From contig CBDBZY010000051.1 in NCBI GenBank assembly GCA_965213685.1, positions 417,698 to 481,697 of the forward strand: a stretch of DNA of 64,000 bases, read 5' to 3'. Numbering within the stretch: the first letter of the stretch is position 1; every line of letters starts with the position of its first letter. The notes below the pieces were generated by a model. That model saw only the letters and a list, made by a program, of their open reading frames with translations, did no database searches and was not told the origin of the DNA. The stretch is from a bacterium. Its GTDB lineage: Bacteria > UBA8248. Made by a program: the position numbers and the translations under genes. Shown piece after piece: positions 53,036 through 64,000 of the stretch.

Positions 53036-53192
53036 GATGGCGCGATTCAAAGTCCTGCAAAGTTGCCTCCTTTCAGAAGTTAGTGCATAAAGGGTTATTT
53101 CTTAACTCTCTCACGTGCGGCTCGCGGCGCGCGCGGCGCGGCGCATTAGTGTAGCTCCGCCTATTCAGCTCCACCCATTCGTCCTTTGCAAG
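53036..53192. promoter_or_regulatory. Probable bidirectional CpG-rich promoter (ANAPC7/TSEN2)
   Basis: Only ~157 bp separate the divergent ATGs. The gap contains CACGTG and a CpG-dense run GCGGCTCGCGGCGCGCGCGGCGCGGCGC. Confidence 0.55.
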
Positions 53193-54488
53193 ATGGAGTT
53201 TCCACTGCCGAAATTGAAGAGAAAGCGACCAAGAAACGTGCAATCTCTCCAAGACTCGGAGACGGATAAGAAAGGGCGGAATTCTTGTAAGTGCACCGGA
53301 GTTCTGCTCGGCGGGTCGGTGCTGGTTCAGAACCATGCTGACGTCACCACCCTGCTAACCAGAGGGTTCTATGGCAAAGGGATGTTCTCCAGGAGCATAC
53401 CGAGTCATGTGCAGCAGACACACCGCCAGAGTGGAGGCAGTTTCTCTTCTGGTTGCGCTGGGCCAGAGAGAAAGCGTGTGAGACTAGCAGGGAGCGGCAC
53501 GGCAGTGGAAGGGAGTGAGGAGATGCACAGACGGCGGTTACAGCTCCACGCACAGTGGAGAGAGGAGAGGGAGAGGTTGTCCTCTTCAGTTGGTCAGAGT
53601 GGTAGGGAGAGAAGGGCTAGCTATCCTTCCACAGCAGAGGAAGATGGTGGCCCAGCCCTCACCCAGAGCCCAGCAGAGAGGCAGCCTTCAGGTTTGACCA
53701 GCTATGACAGCTCTCCAGATCCAGGGTCAGCTGCCACGGACCTCGACCCCTACCCAGTGGAAGAACCGCTCTCACTGACCAGTGAAGAGGCATTCTATCT
53801 GGTGGCTGAGGCCAGCTGGCTCAACGTCCACTCCCCAGCCAGCGGCAGGAGATGCAGTGCTGCAGAACTCTGGAGCCAGTTCTGCTCACATAGTAAAAGA
53901 TTCCCATCTACTTACACTGCGTACCGTCACTACAGAAGGAAAGGATGGGTACCAAAGTCTGGTCTGAAGTATGGCGCTGATTTCCTTCTCTATAAGGAGG
54001 GGCCAGAGTTTTACCACTCCACTTATGCTATTCTGGTCAGGGAGGAGGCAGCTACAGAGAGAGCTGGACATACTCTGTCACCCCTGGCAATGGGTACCAG
54101 GGGCTCTGGGGCAGTGGGAGCGATGGGTGAGGAAGACACTGAGCCAGTGGCCACTGAAGAAGCACCTCACAGCTCTCGAGAACTGAGCCCAGGGGCCATG
54201 GGGTCTCCCCCTGTTTGCAGCACTGCTGCAGTAAGTGGGTCTCCAATGACAACCACTGGAGAGGGCCAGGGAGCTGCCGTCAGGGACTGTGCACCATGGA
54301 AACTGAGGTGGTGCAATGTGGTGGCGCACTGCAGGGTGTGCGAGGCAGCTGGGAAGGAGCTGATAGTGTGTTCTGTGCTCAGGCCAGCCAGCTGGTCTGA
54401 TGAACAGCTGGCTTCCTCAGAGTGTGTGGAGGAGCTATCCATACATGAAGTGTTAGTAACTCGCTGGGTACCCGACAGAGAGAGGTAG
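53193..54488 (+). CDS. TSEN2: tRNA-splicing endonuclease catalytic subunit SEN2 (intronless, 431 aa)
   Basis: GFYGKGMFSRSIP, EPLSLTSEEAFYL, YRHYRRKGWVPKSGLKYGADFLLYKEGPEFYHSTYA (catalytic Tyr/His), RVCEAAGKELIVC (Lys) and C-terminal RWVPDRER. Confidence 0.93.
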   Translation: MEFPLPKLKRKRPRNVQSLQDSETDKKGRNSCKCTGVLLGGSVLVQNHADVTTLLTRGFYGKGMFSRSIPSHVQQTHRQSGGSFSSGCAGPERKRVRLAGSGTAVEGSEEMHRRRLQLHAQWREERERLSSSVGQSGRERRASYPSTAEEDGGPALTQSPAERQPSGLTSYDSSPDPGSAATDLDPYPVEEPLSLTSEEAFYLVAEASWLNVHSPASGRRCSAAELWSQFCSHSKRFPSTYTAYRHYRRKGWVPKSGLKYGADFLLYKEGPEFYHSTYAILVREEAATERAGHTLSPLAMGTRGSGAVGAMGEEDTEPVATEEAPHSSRELSPGAMGSPPVCSTAAVSGSPMTTTGEGQGAAVRDCAPWKLRWCNVVAHCRVCEAAGKELIVCSVLRPASWSDEQLASSECVEELSIHEVLVTRWVPDRER

Positions 54489-54763
54489 CAGCTGTAGAGT
54501 CTGTGACATGTACATGCACACACGCACACACACACACACACAACACACACACCCACACCCTTATACTGAAAGTGAAAATCATTATGCAGTAAGAGGAATA
54601 TGATTGGAGCAGTGTACAGTCGTTGCTATGGTGTGACTGCATGTGACGGTACAGCACACTCATCTGATACCAGTGGCAACCAACCTCATGAAAGGCTTAG
54701 TCCATGTCATGACATCCCTGACAATAAATATACACACGCCTAGTGAGCAGTGGAGGGTGAGGG

Positions 54764-55271
54764 CTATCTCTGCCCTTGCAGCTGTTTCATGGCTGCCTGG
54801 TCCTGGGTATACATGGTGGTCAGCTTCTTCCCAATGCGGTCATGGACCTCCATGAACTTGGCCACGCAGCGGTCCACGCATATGGCCTCCCCCTTGCTGA
54901 GGTCCCCCTCGTGGTACTTCGGAGGAATACACTTCTTGTGACAGGCTCTGGACATTCTGCAGAGATATAATCAGTTGGCACACGTGACAAAACTCCATCC
55001 AATCAGTGCAGCAGCCAAGTACAATTATTTCGACTTTTTTTAGCTAGCAGGGGAGCACTCTCCTATGGCCTAGGCATTGTGTTGTCTACGGCAGCCCCTC
55101 ATCTTGTAGGTGACAGCCTACGCGTGTGGCTAGGCAACGATATGTATACGAGGCGTTCGTAGTGTACGTGTGTAGTTAGACACATATAGCCGACCTGTTA
55201 TACAAGTCGGTCATCATCTCTATCTCCATGCTAGCGATGGCCTCTTGGCCTATCTGGCCGCTGGGGTTCAT
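54764..55271 (-). CDS. TIMM10: Mitochondrial small Tim chaperone Tim10 (2 exons)
   Basis: Exons 55271-55195 (MEIEMMTDLYNR) and 54956-54764 (MSRACHKKCIPPKYHEGDLSKGEAICVDRCVAKF); twin CX3C motif. Confidence 0.95.
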
Positions 55272-55391
55272 CCTGCCACTCCTTGCCCTTGCGCGAGGAG
55301 TAGTAATACGCTCTGCAACTGACTGTGCACACTTTGGTGAGCTCCCTCCAATTAGTGCCCTCTACACGTGTGGCGTCGCATTACATGTACA

Positions 55392-57917
55392 ATGGCGGAA
55401 GATGGTGGGAGCGTGGCGGAGGAGGGCGATGCAGCAACGACCGTCCTGGATACCTCCTCGGGTCAGAATGCGGGAGAGAGGAGGCAGGAGATACAGAAAG
55501 TTCTGGAAGAAGCCTTACTCTCAGCTGGACTGAGTGACCTTGCCGTGTCTGGGGAAAGCCCGAGGCAAGAGGGGGGAGGAGAGGCGGAGAAGGTAGAGGA
55601 GGGGAGGACGGAGAAGGACGAGGATGGTTATGTCGAGAGTGAGAGTCATGCGGTGCAAACCAAGCTTGACAAGAGTGGTGAGGACTCCCAGCACCTGGTC
55701 AAACCTGTCAAGCCTGATACAGAACCTGATGATCAGGATTCCATCTCGGATGCGGAGGGCAGTGTTGAGATCAAAACCATGGACAGGGCAGGAGAGGAGG
55801 CCGTGAAGGAGGCAGGGAAAGGAAGATGCGTCTCCCGAGTGGAGTGGGTGGATGTGACGGAGACATTCACGCAGGCTGCAGGGCAGTTGGCGCCCGGGGA
55901 GCTCATCCAGGAGTGGAACTTCAGTCTCCTGGAAGCCATGTCAGCCGTGGAGCTGCTGGACCCGAAAATGGATGCCTCAATGCACTGGACCAGCTTCAGA
56001 GGCTACCCGAAGACCGTGAGCGAGGCAGTGGAGAAGGGCTTCCTCCAGTTGGATGGCCACTCCCCCTCCAAGATCGTTGGGATCTTTGATGAAGTGTTTG
56101 CGTGTGTTGCAACCTGGCTGGATGGGCACACCATGGCCCAGACCATCTTCACCTGCCTCTTCCTCCTCGACACCGGGCGGGCCGAGGACGTGCATGTGCG
56201 CGGCTTCTCTCTGGCCATGGTGAAGGTCGCAGAGTACATGAGGGAGTGTATCTGTCGTGGGGGAGTGTATGTGGAGGACGACCAGCAGGGAGTGTGTTTC
56301 GGTTTCAATATGCTCAACAGTGTTGACGATGCAACTGTCTTCGCTGCTCTGAAGGAGTCTGAAGAGAGAGCGAATGCGCTGGCACGACAATCGGCCCATG
56401 CGGACAGACAGAGAGACAAAAGAAAGAAGGTGGTGTCGGACGAGACGGAGCTGCTGAAGGCCATGTTGGTTCGGATCCGATTCGTTAGGAATCTTTTTGG
56501 GCTCACGACTGCCTTGAAAGAGTGTGCAGCCGATGGTATTCACATAGTGCTGGAGAACCTCTCTCTCTGCATTGCCCTCCTGCCAGACATCATTTCTTCC
56601 TGCCCCCTGGGGGAAACATTAGACCCTGCAGACCCCCTCAAACTTGGCTTCCACCCCCTCATCAACCACAACCTCCTTCCCCCCAGCTACAAACCGTGTG
56701 AAATCATGCCTCGGCTGGAGGCACTGGCCAGTCTCCAGTCCATTCTGACTCAGTTGGAGACCATCTTAGGCTTTGGAAAGTTGGACTCGTACAGAGCGCT
56801 CCATGTTATGTCGAGAGATTTCTGTATGCAAGTACCCACACCTAATGTCTTCGTCCGCTCAATTATCGTCCTCGTGTGTATGCAATCTGATCGCTGCAAG
56901 CTCTTCGGGAGTCCATCAATGGAAGAGATGCTGAAGAGAGACGCACGTGAGTTTTGTAACCCTCCCTCCCTCAACCCCCGTTCCCCCCTCTTCTCATCCA
57001 GTCAGGGCAGAGAGCTGACGGAGCGTTTCTTCGGGCGGACCATTCATCCCATGTATGAGCTTCTTAGAATGTACTGCCACCACAGAGCTCGCCAGCAGGA
57101 GAAGGTAGAAAGGGTCCTTGACTTTTTGGCAGACCTGCAGCACGAGACGGAGAGGATCGATCACCTCCACAATGAGCTGGCGATGAAGACGGACCCTGTT
57201 CGTCAACACCTTGCCTGCTACAGCAGCTGGGTCCTCTACCACTCCCTCAATGTGATGATCGACTATGTTTTGCTGGGGCTCGAGTTTGGTCTCTACAGCC
57301 CATTCGAGTATCACTACATCTACTGGTACTTGGAATACCTCTACGGGTGGCTGCAGACGGCATGGAAATCGGCCAATCGGTTGACAGCTGACTCCTCTCT
57401 GCCTGTGCCCAAGGGGAAAAAGAAAGGGAAGAAGGTCAAGAGAGAGGTGGCAGAGAGGCGAGAGAGAGAGATGGCCACTGTCCATATCAAGCGTCTGGTG
57501 TGCGTGGGTTTCATGCGGATATTCGAGGCCTTGATTTTGGATGACAGGATTCCTCGCCCCTCGTTTGAGTATGGTAGCGAAGAGCTATGCTTTCATCACC
57601 GCTTCGCCACGTTTGCCTCCATTCCCACTCCCCAACTACTAACTTTCCAGGACTACAACAAGCTAGCTGGCATCCAAAACTACACGGGAATGAACATCAA
57701 TCTTTACGAGGCCGCCTCGCGACACTTCTCAACGGCCAAGACAGCTCTAGAGAGCTTAGCTCACCCGAGCGAGGAGCTGCTAGGGTTGATCAGGGCTGTG
57801 AAGATGAACATCATCATCATGAACTTGGCGGCAAAAGGACACAAGAAAGACACTAAAACAATGCCAGTATTGGACTACTCTCATCACAAGCACTTCCCCG
57901 TGGTTAGAGTTAGCTAG
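55392..57917 (+). CDS. NAA35: NatC auxiliary subunit NAA35/MAK10 (intronless, 841 aa)
   Basis: WVDVTETF...GELIQEWNFSLLEAMSAVELLDPKMDASM, WLDGHTMAQTIFTCLF, LGFHPLINHNLLPPS, HHRARQQEK, GLEFGLYSPFEYHYIYWYLEYLYGW, FHHRFATF and C-terminal HKHFPVVRV. There is an acidic N-terminal extension of ~150 aa. Confidence 0.95.
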   Translation: MAEDGGSVAEEGDAATTVLDTSSGQNAGERRQEIQKVLEEALLSAGLSDLAVSGESPRQEGGGEAEKVEEGRTEKDEDGYVESESHAVQTKLDKSGEDSQHLVKPVKPDTEPDDQDSISDAEGSVEIKTMDRAGEEAVKEAGKGRCVSRVEWVDVTETFTQAAGQLAPGELIQEWNFSLLEAMSAVELLDPKMDASMHWTSFRGYPKTVSEAVEKGFLQLDGHSPSKIVGIFDEVFACVATWLDGHTMAQTIFTCLFLLDTGRAEDVHVRGFSLAMVKVAEYMRECICRGGVYVEDDQQGVCFGFNMLNSVDDATVFAALKESEERANALARQSAHADRQRDKRKKVVSDETELLKAMLVRIRFVRNLFGLTTALKECAADGIHIVLENLSLCIALLPDIISSCPLGETLDPADPLKLGFHPLINHNLLPPSYKPCEIMPRLEALASLQSILTQLETILGFGKLDSYRALHVMSRDFCMQVPTPNVFVRSIIVLVCMQSDRCKLFGSPSMEEMLKRDAREFCNPPSLNPRSPLFSSSQGRELTERFFGRTIHPMYELLRMYCHHRARQQEKVERVLDFLADLQHETERIDHLHNELAMKTDPVRQHLACYSSWVLYHSLNVMIDYVLLGLEFGLYSPFEYHYIYWYLEYLYGWLQTAWKSANRLTADSSLPVPKGKKKGKKVKREVAERREREMATVHIKRLVCVGFMRIFEALILDDRIPRPSFEYGSEELCFHHRFATFASIPTPQLLTFQDYNKLAGIQNYTGMNINLYEAASRHFSTAKTALESLAHPSEELLGLIRAVKMNIIIMNLAAKGHKKDTKTMPVLDYSHHKHFPVVRVS

Positions 57918-58290
57918 TACAGTTGGCATTGTGTATTATTATATTATTTGTTATTATAATTGTTTGTTATATAACTGTGTAATATACAACTGAAGTTTTA
58001 TCACAGAACTGCAATTTAATTAATGCAATGTGTACCATCATGAGTGAAACTTTTGGTAATTAATGAGATACAATACTGCATACATTAACAGTGCATTAGT
58101 ATAATTGTATTATAACAGCACACTTATTAACTCCTGGGTGACGGTGACATGAAGTGCAATATAATGCATGTGGTACAGTAGCAATCACTAGTGGGTTAGA
58201 TCTGTAATCATTAAAAAATTGTGGACATCACAACGAGAAACAAGCCACGCCCTCACCAGCAGCCAGAGGGTGCTGGGGACATGGACTGCG

Positions 58291-64000
<5,710 letters not shown>

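Overview
This is gene-dense animal genomic DNA with spliceosomal GT-AG introns rich in (CA)n, (GA)n and (CCCT)n microsatellites. The style suggests a compact invertebrate genome, possibly a demosponge, but that is inference. Recognisable genes, left to right: the 5' part of TBCE (-), whose ~5.9 kb intron 4 hosts a complete antisense nested gene for a single-NHR / coiled-coil / CaaX protein; five intronless type II membrane sulfotransferases (four intact, one pseudogene) in mixed orientation; HINT3 (-) head-to-head with CCDC92-like (+); a small MANSC+PKD (KIAA0319-like) membrane protein; an uncharacterised coiled-coil gene head-to-head with METTL16; two single-exon orphan ORFs; ANAPC7 (-) / TSEN2 (+); TIMM10 (-) / NAA35 (+); and the tail of a myosin XVIII (-). 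Non-coding elements include Penelope-type minimal hammerhead ribozymes (one inside an ~82-bp-arm inverted repeat in a TBCE intron), a piggyBac-like MITE, an EnSpm/CACTA-like MITE, a 78-nt near-perfect intronic hairpin and an inverted minisatellite foldback. Exon coordinates and family assignments come from reading by eye and recalled homologue sequences; no searches were run. The most notable items are the mosaic sulfotransferase array, the nested prenylatable NHR gene and the ribozyme embedded in its own antisense arm.
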